A stretch of 64,000 nt of DNA from contig NC_082722.1 in assembly GCF_030144855.1 (NCBI RefSeq), positions 26,288,001-26,352,000 of the forward strand, given 5' to 3'. The notes beneath the pieces were generated by a model. That model saw only the letters and a list, made by a program, of their open reading frames with translations, was not told the origin of the DNA and did no database searches. Positions 50,385 to 62,134 of the stretch are shown in pieces (positions within the stretch are counted from its first letter, which is position 1; each line of letters begins with the position of its first letter). A program made the position numbers and the translations under genes. The DNA is from Hypanus sabinus. Its lineage: Eukaryota.

Positions 50385-51115
50385 AAATCGGTTAGCGTCG
50401 TCTACTGTAGCCAGAGCTACCGTTGCAGCATCATCTACACTGGTGAGACTAGACTTAAAAGGGGGAACCACATGTTCGACCACCTACAGTCCATACCAAA
50501 ATGCGGAATTTGCTAGTGGCCAGTTATTTTTATTCCTATCCATTCACATTCCAACATTTCCATTCATGTTATCTTCTTACGCCTTCATGAGGCTACTCCC
50601 AGGGTAGGCGAGCCACACCTCGCATTCAGTCTAGGTAGCCTCCACCCGGACGACATGAATATCGACTTCTGCTTGAATTATTTTTTCCTCCCATGTCTCC
50701 TTTCTGTTCCCATCTCTGTGCTCTTATCTTCTCTGCTCTGCTGCCTATAACCTCTTCCGTCCCAATTCCTGCCCTTTCTTCCATAGTCTACTCTCCTCTC
50801 CTGTTATATCCCTTATTCTCCAGCTGTTTGCATTTTCAAACTCTTACCTCCCAGCTTCTTACATCATCCAACTGCCAAACCGCATAGGCTCCTCTTCCCC
50901 CCTCCCTCCAAAGCTCCCTCAACTTGACTTCACTTATCACCTTTCAATTTGTTCTCCATCGACCGCCTTTTTATTCTGGCATGTTCCTCCCTCCTTTCCA
51001 CTCCTAATGAAGCGTTTCGGGGCGAAACGTTAACTATTCATTCATTTCCATAGTTGCTGCCTGGTCTGCTGAGTTCATTTTGTGTGTGTTGCTCTAGATT
51101 CCAGTATCTGCAGAA
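50385..51115 (+). mobile_element. Penelope-like remnant (paralogue of 39010-39990)
   Basis: catctacactggtgagactagac (YTGETR) and catgaggctactcccagggtaggcgagccacacctc, colinear with 39010-39990. Confidence 0.72.
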
Positions 51116-52999
51116 TTCTTGTGTTACTGATATGAATGCTCTTTTATCAGTCCTTTGAGAAAATATTCTACACTATTGGAAGTGGCAACACTGGGAGATA
51201 AGGATAACGTGCTGTGTCTGACGGAGAATTGCTTCGATAGCTGCCGCTGAGAGAAGGGAGAGGAGCATACAGGATGCTGAAGTCTCTTTGGTCTTGGACC
51301 CAATCTTCTCATTATGTTTTCAAAGACAAGAACGAAGTAACAGAAGACCATGGAGATAAATATCAGGTTAGATAGCACAGCACTTTATGGACAACAGCAG
51401 CAAAATATTCGAAAAAAAAAACCGATGACCGCAGAAGTAGAGGAAACATGGAGATTAACGACAGCTCATAGAGCGTCAGCGGAGAGCGAAACAGATTTGT
51501 TCGATTTCTGTTCGATCGCCCGATGAGTGGTTGCAAATTAAGGGAGTGATTTTGTTTCCCACTCTTTGATTTTCCCTACTCTACCAGGCAGGTTTTATGC
51601 TATGATATAAGGACAGTGGAATTTGCAATCCTTGCAAGATACCTGTCAGTACTTTTTAACTATGAGAACGCTCCTTACGGCTGGAGAAACATTTTATGTG
51701 ATAAAGTCATGCACATGGAAATAGGCAGATAGTGCTCAATTCATGGGGTTTCCCGAATAGGGCAACACATCTCTTGAGAGAAATTAATCCAATAGCCTAC
51801 GAGTTAACTCAACTGTCAAATCGAAAACGTTTTATACATCTGATTTTGTCTGGAGAACTTCAAAATTTCTCAAGTCTTCCAAAACGAAAACAAAAGTTAA
51901 GGATTTAAAAATCTTAAAACTCTAAAGAAATGTTTATCTTAGTTATTAGTACTTTCAAACAGATTAAACACCGCTTTAGCAGTGAATAAAATTCAATTAA
52001 CAGGCATTTGACGATTTACATACAATCTGGCCAATATTTGTAAGGTTCATTTTAAACTCTTCAGACATCTGTACTTTTTTTTACCCTCGACTGCGATTAT
52101 CATCATTCCCTTCTATTAACCAGGAAGAGAATATTGCTCTCAGCATCAAAAGTCAGGTGGATATTTTTTCACACAAATTAATTTCATATGAGTGGGACAG
52201 TTATCTTCAGTCCTTCAGTTCACCCTAACATGCGACCACAATTGCAGAATGCTTTGCTGGCTTACGGGAATAAATTATACAGGCACAGAACACATTCGCC
52301 CGATAACATCCATGCTGGCTATCAAGCACCAATTACGTAAATCACACAATAACCCTATAACATTCTCGCAACACTCTACTATCCCCGGCATTCCAAGGAA
52401 CACATCCCACCACCATTCGGCCCATTTTGCCTATCTAGACCGAGAAAGCTATCCCAGCTAAATCCGTTTTCTTGCGTTTGTAGCTTATCACAGTAAATAT
52501 TTTCTATGTGTGTACCAGTCCAAATGTTCCTAACACAATGCAATCGTACCCACTTCTACAGATTCATCCCGTGATCTATTCCAGTTACCAAGCCCATTGT
52601 TTCGGAAAACTTGCCACAGTTCCATTTAAATGTTTTCTCACTCATCTAGAATCGATAGATTCTCATTCTCGATTCAGTTATTCTGGGTAATAGACTGTAA
52701 CCATACCCCTGCTTACGCCCCTAAATATATAAGGTCACCACTAATCCTCCTGTGCTCTAGGGAAGCGTAACCCCACACTTTCCCTACAGTTAAAAACATG
52801 CTGTCCCGCAAATGTATTTGTGAATCTTTTCCAGACTATTTCAAGCTTCGTCGGGCCTTTTCTATAGGCGGCTGATCAGTAATGCACAGAAAACTCTGAT
52901 ATGCATCACCAACGACTTGTACAGTTGAAGATGACGGCTCAGGTGCTGTACTCAGTAAATAAATGTGACCAGTGCCTACCTTCGTCGCCAGTGTGACCA

Positions 53000-54190
53000 T
53001 CTCTATTACCAGTTGAAAGATCAACTTACATGTACCCTCATTCACTTTGTTTTACTTCAATGCCCTGAGCAATCTACTGTGCAATGGTTTAACTAACTAA
53101 AATACAGAATTTCCCAAATGCCTGAGTAATATACAATTGCTTTCGCAGTTATCGTTTTAGATACCTTTCACTGTCTAGTATACCACCAATTTCGTTGCAT
53201 TCCGAAAGATATTAACGAAGTTAAAAAAAATCATCTGAATACTTCGGAGATGACAAAAATACTAGAAATGGAGCCTACCTGTTCAGTACACCACTAGTTG
53301 CAGGCGGTCATTCTTGATAACAAATTTCCACTATCACTGTTTGTGTCCCTCGACTAAACCAATTTTGCATCCTTGTGCCCAGGTGGCTGGCTCACACTGA
53401 CTCCCATGTCATCGAGTCTTCTGTTCAAGTCCACCATATGGGACCATACAGAAGTCAATGAAGTTATAGTCCAATTGATGCACACCGCAATTTTCTTCAT
53501 CACTTCATCAAAGTAACTCAATCAAATTTGTGAGATGAGATTCCAAATGAAAAATCCATGCTGACCTTCTCTTTTTCAACCTTTCCCTTTTCAAATGATG
53601 ATAGATTCTCTCCCTCCAATCAGCTCTAGTATGTTTCCACGCACCCATGTTGGGTTCGCCACATTCAGCTCTCCTGTTGGCCTTGCAGATCTTCTTAAAT
53701 AAATGCCCATTTGCCACTCTCCAATGCGACGGTAACACAATCTCCGTTAAAGATGATGCTGATATCTTTGCAATAGACCTTACATTTTTTTCCTTTAGCT
53801 TCTCACAATGTCAAAAGATACATTTGATCAGGTGCCGTAAGCTCATCAAACGGTCTCAGTTCTTACACCGTGAACACCCCGTTCCCATTTTTCTCATGTG
53901 GATCTGTCAAAAACTAACGTAATTCCCTTTAATCCCTCAATTTCCATGATTTTCACCACAATGATGGGAAATAATAATTTACAGCTCTGACATCGCGATT
54001 TCTTGGTCGCTATTTCCTCATTTCCTTTTGCTTTCTATTCAGAAGTTCTATCATGCTACATTTGTGCTCTCATGATTCCCGTCAGGTCTATGATGCAGGT
54101 CTCCTTTCTCCAAAACAGTGTCTCAATGTCCTCGTGAACCGGGATTCTCTAATCCTGTTGGCCTTGCCATTCTCTTTACCGATACCACTC
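53000..54190 (-). mobile_element. Ancient CR1 remnant upstream of gene B; homologous pieces at ~25480-26155 and ~41240-41945
   Basis: Shared strings such as actatcac..tctgatt/gtgtcc..aaaccaattttg..ggctggctcac.ctg.ct.ccatgtc in all three copies; minus reading HLTNLIE. Confidence 0.7.
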
Positions 54191-54465
54191 GTGCATTTTA
54201 GCGGCAGTTAAAAAGGACGTCGCCTTGAAACAAGAGAGGAAAATTTAAATGAGGTTGCGAATCAGGTACATTATGCAAAGAGTAGCATGCGACTTGACAG
54301 TGCTACAAGAGAGTGTTGATTTGAACACAACGGTTAAAAGACATTCAAACATGGCCACGAAGAGGCAAAAAAGAGCGATGTCGACCATGTCCGAAGGGAT
54401 ACAATACAATTTGCATTATGATCGATGCAGATATCATTGGTCGAAAGAGATTTTCCTGTGCTGTC

Positions 54466-54625
54466 TGAAGGGTGATTGATAAGTTCGTGGCCTAAGGTAG
54501 GAGGAGATGAATTATACATCTCTCGTTACATGCACGACAACTATTTGAGTATTCATGCAGAAAGTTTGAAGTTAATGCCTTATCTCTTTCTACCTTAGAC
54601 CACGAGCTTATCAATCACCCCTGAT
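54466..54625. mobile_element. Tc1/mariner-type MITE with ~31-bp terminal inverted repeats
   Basis: gggtgattgataagttcgtggcctaaggtag pairs with ctaccttagaccacgagcttatcaatcaccc (2 mismatches). Confidence 0.7.
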
Positions 54626-55141
54626 GAGTTTATTAACTTCAAGTGGTAAAGGACTGAGTGAGAAGAAATCTGTTAGGACAGGACATTGGACTAGTGGAGA
54701 AAGTGAACGAGGAACAGCAGGTAAGCGAAATGAGGAGAAGAGAAGGGAGAAAATTGGACCCGGTATGGGAAATAGAAAACGATGAAAAGAGTACGGGAGA
54801 ACTTACTGAAAGTTAGAGAATTCTATGCTCAGATCAGCAGGTTGGAGGTTATCGAGACTGAATATAAATCCACCTATCAAGTGCCATCTCTTTACGTCCC
54901 CTCTCCCCACTTATCACCTGATAGTTTATACGACTTTCCCTCCCCTATCTCCTTATTGTGACTTCTTCCCCCTTCCCTTCCAGTCCTGAAGAAGTATCTT
55001 ACTCCGAAACATCGACTGCTTATTTTTCATCATTGATGCTGAGCTCCACCTGCGCTTTGTGTGTATTCCTCGGGATTTCCTGTATCTGCAGCATTTCTTC
55101 TACACAAGGCATGGACGGAGGCTTGACCATGTAACTTAATA

Positions 55142-55147
55142 TATAAA
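55142..55147 (+). promoter_or_regulatory. Possible TATA box of gene B
   Basis: TATAAA 62 bp upstream of the ATG. A competing acceptor-like site (tctatctttcag, ~55187) could instead indicate an upstream non-coding exon. Confidence 0.3.
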
Positions 55148-55208
55148 GTGCACTTGATTATTACAGTTTATGAATTTCTATCTTTCAGACAGACCACACT
55201 CATTTGCA

Positions 55209-55263
55209 ATGCCGGTGGATACAACCGTTTGTTTCGTGGCTCTGATCGCCGCGTCTTGGCCAG
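55209..55263 (+). CDS. Gene B leader exon (phase 1): MPVDTTVCFVALIAASWP(A)
   Basis: ATG in gcaATGc context; hydrophobic signal-peptide core; donor CCAG|gtatgc; 185-bp intron to the V exon. Confidence 0.85.
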
Positions 55264-55448
55264 GTATGCTTAAATTTTTGAGCCCAATCTATGAAACAGA
55301 CATCTTACAATATTTCCATCATTTACCCGCAGCAAATTTAGCCATAGTAAACATCCAATTCGTATACCAGTGTTCTGCATATTTTGTCTGTTGATTCGTT
55401 GTCCAGTGAATGCAACTGTTTTCAGCAATCTCACTTGTGCTTTGTCAG

Positions 55449-55754
55449 CCTCAGAAGGAACATCGGCCAAAGTGGAACAATTCCCTACTATCTTAAATGC
55501 CTCAATCGGTGGAAATGAATCCATGCACTGCAAATTTCCAATACTACGAGATATTGCTGAAATTTCGTGGTGGAAGGAGGGTCAGAACGCATTTATAGAA
55601 CCAGACAGCAGAAATCAGTTCAATGTAATCAAAGGCGGCAGCACTTTTACCCTCCTGAATGTGAGATACGCAGATGTCGGCGTGTATTACTGTCAAGTGA
55701 AAAATCAACAACAAATATTGGGAAATGGAAGTGGCTCTCTGCTTATTGTGTTTA
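55449..55754 (+). CDS. Gene B Ig V-set domain exon with germline J-like G strand (phase 1-1)
   Basis: Acceptor gctttgtcag, donor TTTA|gtaagt; 306 nt: KVEQFP...SMHCKF...ISWWK...FTLLNVRYADVGVYYCQVKNQQQILGNGSGSLLIVF. Canonical Cys-Trp-Cys, D-x-G-x-Y-Y-C and G-x-G-x-x-L-x-V present. Confidence 0.93.
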
Positions 55755-56084
55755 GTAAGTGTCTTTATTCCTGTAAGTGGAAAAGTGTCATCTGTTTGCA
55801 TTTGAAAAAAAGCCAAGATTGTGGAAATGTTGTGAAATTTTATTGCTAGTGGTAACTTTGTGCCATTAATATGCTTTCCACCTTTTTTTAAAATAGGAAA
55901 ATATCATTTCGGATTTTTTCAGATTATTCTGTTATTATTTTGATGAGATTCTGCAGAGTGGCTTTTGCTCCACTTATTATTTGGTCCTTCGATATTTCCA
56001 ATCATATATTTGTTATGCCTATATACTTCCACAACTCCTCACCCTCTCCCCGCCTTGACCTATTCCTCAGCCAGCCGATAAGAA

Positions 56085-56735
56085 CATAAGAACATAAGAA
56101 ATATGAGCAGAAGTAAGCCATCCTGCCCATCGAGCCTGACCCGCCATTCATTAACATTATGGTTGATCTTTCCATAAACTCAGCTCCATCTACCAGCCTT
56201 TTCCTCAGAGCCGTTAATTCCGCCACTATGCAAAAATCTATCTAATTGTATCTTAAATATTCAGGACAGAGAATTTCACAGATACACCACTCTTTCTGAA
56301 AAACAATTTCTCCTCATCTCCGTCCTAAATCTTCTCCACTGAATCTTGAGGCGATGTCCCCTAGTTTCTGTCTCACTTACCAATGGAAACAACTTTCCTA
56401 CTTCTATCTTATCTATCCCTTTCAAAATTTTGTATCCTTCTATAAGATCCCCTCTCATTCTTCTGAATTCCAGAGAGTATAGTCCGAGGTGACTCAATCA
56501 CTCCTTTTCATCTCTGGACTCAACTCGGTGAACCTCCTCTGCAATGCATCCATAGCCAATATATCCTTTCTCAAGTATGGTGACCAGAACTGTACACAGT
56601 ACACCAGCTGCAGTCACCTGAACCCTGGATCATTGCAGCATGACCTCCCAGCTCTTGAATTCATTACCTCCAGCAATGAAGGCCAACATTACACTTGTCT
56701 CTTAATAACCAGTTGCACACGCAAGCCAAATTTTT
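56085..56735 (-). mobile_element. CR1 3' fragment(s) in the V-C1 intron
   Basis: (aagaacat)n tail at ~56080-56100; minus ORF LGLYSLEFRRMRGDLIEGYKILKG...TRGH. Confidence 0.9.
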
Positions 56736-57302
56736 GAATGTTACTTTTATATTACGACATCTCGACGTATTTCGCCGATTTCGACCCGAAACTTGCTAAA
56801 GCGCACAGCTACAAATATTTATAAGTAATTAATAAACATCGGCAAAGGCAAACAAAGCCTCTTCATTAATGTCAATTACGGGACGTATGAGTAAAGCCTG
56901 CACAGAGAGATACACAGCTTGATCCGTGTGCTGCTCCGCAATGCCCATCCCATTAAAACGAACATAAAAATGCAGATTCACTGCCTCATTTTACGTTAAT
57001 ACAAAATCGACCTTCAAGGGTAGAGGTAGGTACAAAAATGGCCTGTTGGAAGAAGCAATAAAGTCACTCCTAGCACGCGCTAAGTCTGCCACGTTCATTC
57101 CAAACAGGCGTGCGTTCCTCAACTGTCACCAACGCATCTGTTTTGTCATGTTTACTTACCCCCTGCAATAATTATTAACTGGCAAATTCAGGGGATTTCA
57201 AACGACCGCAATGACAACAGTTGAGTGTGTTAACGTGAGAAGGAGAATACATGCGAGCAAATAATAGCTAACCATTCTACGTCGCGTTTTATTCTGTTGC
57301 AG

Positions 57303-57599
57303 CTCCCCCAACTCCGCTGAAAATCATTCGTGTTGAAGAAACTTCACCGAAATCCCGGAAACTCATGTGTAAAACTGCACCATTTTATCCGAAGAAATTA
57401 GACATCTTTTGGCGAAGAAATAATATAGAAATTCTAACCAAAATAGAAATGGCAATAAATGAGACTTCAGAAGGATTTTTTGAAGCTTTCAGTACTTTGG
57501 AAGATGCACAGCCTGCGCAGGGCAAAGTGGTTTACACTTGTCTGGTAAATCACGAAACGCTCAAACGTCCTGCCATTTTCAGGTATATTATCGAACAAG
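57303..57599 (+). CDS. Gene B Ig C1-set domain exon (phase 1-1)
   Basis: Acceptor ttttattctgttgcag, donor CAAG|gtaaga; 297 nt: (T)PPTPLKII...KLMCKTAPFYPKKLDIFW...GFFEAFSTL...VYTCLVNHETL. The C-x4-FYP-x5-W and Y-x-C-x-V-x-H signatures are C1-set. Confidence 0.92.
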
Positions 57600-57699
57600 G
57601 TAAGACAGGAGACATTTAAAACGAGCTGCAACCTGAATGAGAATAGGCCTGGAGAGCTGTGCAAACACAAAAAGGAAATTGTGAAATCTATTTCTTTTT

Positions 57700-58620
57700 T
57701 CAACGGGGTAAAGTTAACGTGTGTATGGTTTTTACATTATTTACAGCCTTAAACCTGCAAGGATATGTGGGTGTCAACGACAAAGGTAGAAAGAGGAAAG
57801 AGGTCCGACTGAGGGAATCAGAGCAGCTAGGCACTAACTTAAAATGCAGAACGAAAATCTTGTTAATCTCTGGATTACTACCTGTGCCACGTGCAAATTG
57901 GCGCAGGGTTAAAAAGATCAGAGAGTTAAAAGTGTAGCTCAACAACTGGTGTGGAAGACCTGGGGTTCAATTCATGGGAAATTGGCACCGGTATTGGAGA
58001 ACGAGTCAGCTTTTCCATTGGGAAGGGCTCCACCTGAACCGTGACGATCCTGGCGAATTGCATAACTAGAGTTGTGGATAGGGCTTTTAAACTAAGTAGC
58101 AAGGGGGTTGGTTCAGCAGATTTTAGAAGTATGGATGAAGTAAAAGAGAAAAGTGTGGATAAAGGTAAAGAAAAAGCAAAAGTTACGAAAAGCGAGAATA
58201 TTAAGGGTGGAGTGCAAAAAGGGCACGTGTACAAGAGACAAAGTTCACAAAACTTTAAAGACACAGAGTGTAAGGGCAGTTTCCCCTCAATGTCCATAGT
58301 ATCCGTAGCAAGGTCAGTGAAATTGTGGCACAAATCAGTATAAAGGCGTTTGGTTTAGTGGTCGATACAGAAACATGGCTGCAGAATGGAGAAGATTGGA
58401 AATTAAATATCCAACGATATCAGGTAATACGGAAGGATAGGCCGGAAGATGAGGGTGATGGGGAAGTATCTTAAATAAGGATGAGATCAGGACAATAGTG
58501 AGAGACAGAGGCAGGTAAGTATGGAGCATCGTGCAGTTTAACTTGCACATATATTAGGTGACTCAAGATGATCGAGACCGACTTGAGGAGGACTTCATAG
58601 AATCCATACATGATAGCTTT
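57700..58620 (+). mobile_element. CR1 ORF1/APE fragment in the C1-TM intron
   Basis: YVGVND...KILLISGLLPVPRANWRR...GLHLNR, followed by WLQNGEDWKLNI. Confidence 0.8.
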
Positions 58621-59639
58621 CTTCAACTGCATGCTACTGAACATACAAAGGAACATGTTATCTTGGAAAGCAAACACGAGGAGATCTGCAGATGCTGGAA
58701 ATTCAAGCATGTGTAAAGGACATACAGTATACTATCACCAACCAAAATTTCAAGCGAGAAATAGACTATGTCATCAGAAGATCAGGAATTATGTGAATAT
58801 TACCTTCTGTACGGTAATAGCATCGTGACCAAAAAAAAAAAAAGAACATACTTATAGAAGGTTGTTCAAAAGGCTCTGTGAATTCAGAGTGTGATCTAAC
58901 TAGTCGGCTGAGAATATTAAGTGGCAATTTCTTTCAGCCAGCGATAGATTCCATGTCATGTAAGAGTCAGTACTGAGAGGTTTCTTCGCTGAGAGGTTGG
59001 TAAATCTTTGTAATTGCTCCCTCCTAATATTGTGCATGTGTATTCATTGGAAACATTCGCGACTGATATCGTTATATTTCATACCAGTTGAAAATGGAAC
59101 CATCTGAACCGTACAGGAAAGTGATAGAGGATCAAGCACAATTTTGGAAGCTGGTCACGTTTATAAAATGTCAAATCATATTTATTTATGTTTCAAATAT
59201 TCATAATAATATTTAAATATATCCATTGTTCCATATTCTGTTCTTTTTAACTATTTGCACAGTTCTACACCTTTGACTACCTCTGCACTTAAAGCTGGAA
59301 TTCTCTCTGCAAGTGTCTTTGTTTCATTACTTAATCTAAACCTGCTCGTTTGTCTCTCCGGTTTTGACCAAGTACCTAGTCACTTCTCCTTATATAGCGT
59401 TCGGATTGTGCTTTTTAACATTCTGTTCATGCATCTTGTGATGATTTATGAAAGTAAAAAGTTATTTTCTCATGTGTTCCAATGGAATCAGCTGATGGAG
59501 TTTCCCAGTGACAGTCTAGAAATAGAAACGATGTCACTTGAAATCTTCGATCAAACTATCTGCAAAGGCATCGTTAAAATAAAAAAAAAATCTCTTATTT
59601 CAAATGAAAAATACTCACTGTCAAGAACCAAAACACAAA

Positions 59640-59820
59640 CAAGAGAATATATGCAGCTGCTGGAACTCTATGCAACACACACAAAATGATGGATGAACTC
59701 AGCAGGCCAGGCAGCACCAGTCCTACCGAAGCGTCTCGCCCGAAACGTCGACTACTTTTCTCCAGAGATTCTGTCTGGCCTGCTGAGCTCCTGTAACAAT
59801 TTTTGTGTGTTGCCCTGGAA
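59640..59820 (-). repeat. Penelope-derived short repeat(s), partly inverted pair
   Basis: gaactcagcaggccaggcagc...cgcccgaaacgtcgac...ctggcctgctgagctcc. Confidence 0.65.
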
Positions 59821-60013
59821 AGGACGACTATGTAAGATAATCTGTTCACTCCGTAAGTCCTATCATCACCTTACGACTCGCGTCATATTGCGGCTCTTGC
59901 AAACTTTATTTGTTCAGGCCTGAATTACCCATTAAAATGTTGTACTTTCTTGTCGCACGGTCTTTATATATTTATCTATGTTTCACGGTTTCTTCTATTA
60001 TTTCCATATCTAG

Positions 60014-60115
60014 GAAACTCCTATAAGCTCCTGACTCTCCGAAATGCATTGGTCGGACTGGCAATTACTTTTCTGATTATAATCTTGATAATAATCGGAG
60101 TTATGACAAAATCTG
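60014..60115 (+). CDS. Gene B transmembrane exon (phase 1-1): (G)NSYKLLTLRNALVGLAITFLIIILIIIGVMTKS
   Basis: Acceptor tttccatatctag, donor TCTG|gtaaga; 102 nt; ~20-residue hydrophobic helix preceded by Arg. Confidence 0.9.
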
Positions 60116-60550
60116 GTAAGAACATGAATGACTTGACAAACGTTTCCATTTATTACCTCTGTAGATTAAAAAGACATGATAATGAGAGAATCAAGTTTTT
60201 TGAGGCATTATCCGATTCGCATTCGACAATAGTAATGATAAATAACACTATAATTTTACATTCTCTTTCAATTTTTAATCATTCCTTGTACCAGCTTTTC
60301 AGGCTGTGACTTCCTGCGGTGATTTTACACAACTACCGCCACTTCACTCTTTCAATCAAAATCTAGATGCACCACATTCATGAAAGGTCATGCGCAACAC
60401 ATTTCATGGCCACAATGTGCACCGTACTATTTTGAATACCTGCCAGGAGTTGCATCTTTAGCAAAAAATTTGATTGCAATCTAATGCGCAACTTCAACTT
60501 TTATAACATTATTGCTGTTATTTAATGTGCTGTATTTTTTAATCCATTAG

Positions 60551-60594
60551 TTACTCAAAGAACCTCTGAGGAAGCAAGTCAGAGCGGAGAACCG
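60551..60594 (+). CDS. Gene B cytoplasmic exon 1 (phase 1-0): (V)TQRTSEEASQSGEP
   Basis: Acceptor tttttaatccattag, donor CCG|gtaggt; 44 nt, as in gene A 6534-6577. Confidence 0.82.
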
Positions 60595-61118
60595 GTAGGT
60601 GAGACAGTTTTTCTTTTTGCTTCTCAGAAGGGTATATTGTTAGGGGAATATTATGATCAAGTACAACCTCAGAATGGACATGTCTGTGAGTGCATGAGAA
60701 CCCATGACAACCACTGACCCGCAAAACGTTGCTTCAATGGCCCATAGTGCCCGGGGAGTACAAAGGTGACAGTTGTCCCTGCGGAAACTGTTGGGGAAAG
60801 GATGAAAAGGGAAATAACCGAGGAAGGAAAAATATGACGAGAGATGAGAAACTCACCCTACTTGTAGAATAGACTAAAAATGGTGCTTGGAAGTCAATTT
60901 CAATCTTAAACGATCATAGCGACTTTCAGCATTAGGGAAAACACATTTCGTACCGTTTCTGACACAACATACATCGCAATATCGTTTACTGATGTTAGAA
61001 TGTTATTATGCCGCATTTAACTCATTTACATTTACGTTTTCAAACTCATTTGCTCTTTATGGAATTGGAATTGCATTAGACTCGCCACTAACTGTGTTAA
61101 CGACCCTTTGCGTAACAG

Positions 61119-61229
61119 GCTGGACGAGAGCCAGTTGAACATAACATTGACTATGCTACAAGAAACGTGAGAGAAAAGAAAAGATTTCATCAGGTCAGAC
61201 GCCAGGACGATCATGTTGTCCATGCAAAG
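61119..61229 (+). CDS. Gene B cytoplasmic exon 2 with inactivated ancestral donor: AGREPVEHNIDYATRNVREKKRFHQVRRQDDHVVHAK
   Basis: Acceptor cgtaacag; homologous to 15139-15249 but followed by ctaaag instead of gtaaag. In-frame internal donor CAG|gtcaga at 61193/61194; read-through stop at 61281-61283. Confidence 0.72.
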
Positions 61230-61746
61230 CTAAAGCCAAGGGATTGGGGGCGGACCCGATACAAAATAAGCATTGTTTTTTGAGAAAAAAATGTCTTAAA
61301 CTATAAAAACGCATTGGTCTAAATTTGACATTATGGTGGTTGGTGGTGGTCATCCGCTTCTCTCGAAAGACAATGGCTGATGATGATTATCATCACAAGC
61401 CAGGACGGAAGGTGTGGAGATCCTAAGATTTCCATTCGTCACAATCCGGCTGTCGGCCTCACCAGTGTACACCAAAGGAAAGCTTATGAAGCAATACGTT
61501 TGGCAGCAGCTTGGCTGAAGAAGCTCCCGGAAAGATGTTCAATAACTTCCGGCCGCCTCCGGGGCTCCAGTCCGTATTTGCTGACCGGGTTTCCTACCGT
61601 AGTTTTCGATTCTCCCAAGGCAATGGAGGTAATTACCCATGACTGCGGATCTGGTTCACGAGCACCAGGACGTGTCCACATGCTGGTGGACCTGCATGCT
61701 GCATGTGCAGGGGCGAGGCTTCCTCCCCATCCTCCGTATGCAGCCC

Positions 61747-62059
61747 GAGTCCGAAAGCAGTTTAATTTCCCTGTAAAATAATACATTAAACAATAATGTA
61801 AAACATGGCAACGAAACCGTAGCGAAGAACAAAGAAACAGAAGTATCTGTTTTGTCTCTTTCAGTACAGACTGTTTTAAGTGTCTGTAATCTGAAAATGA
61901 AATTTTCATTTTCAGATTACCGCCATTTAAAACAGTTTGCGCTGAAAGAGACAAAAGAGATACTTCTGTTTCTTTGTTCTTCGCTAAGGTTTCGATGCCA
62001 TGTTTACCATTATTGTATAATGTACTATTATACACGGCAACTAAACTGCTTTCGGACTC
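61747..62059. repeat. 313-bp near-perfect inverted repeat (hairpin), probably a palindromic MITE
   Basis: gagtccgaaagcagttta...ctgaaaatgaaa pairs with tttcattttcag...taaactgctttcggactc; axis at 61903 with essentially no loop. Confidence 0.92.
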
Positions 62060-62134
62060 AGACTGCTTTTTTTGCTGGACGATGCTTTTTTGCTGGACAA
62101 TTGACAAAGTCTCGATATTGAATTACTTCTACAG

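Noticed and set aside
24665-51280. False duplication from uncollapsed haplotypes around the gap
   Set aside because: The copies differ far too much (about one base in five by eye) and carry different TE insertions, which indicates an old genuine duplication.
55449-57599. Rearranging TCR or Ig light-chain locus
   Set aside because: V and J-like strands are in one exon with no RSS seen, there is no array of V or J segments, and the C1 exon leads to a multi-exon ITIM tail unlike TCR or IgL.
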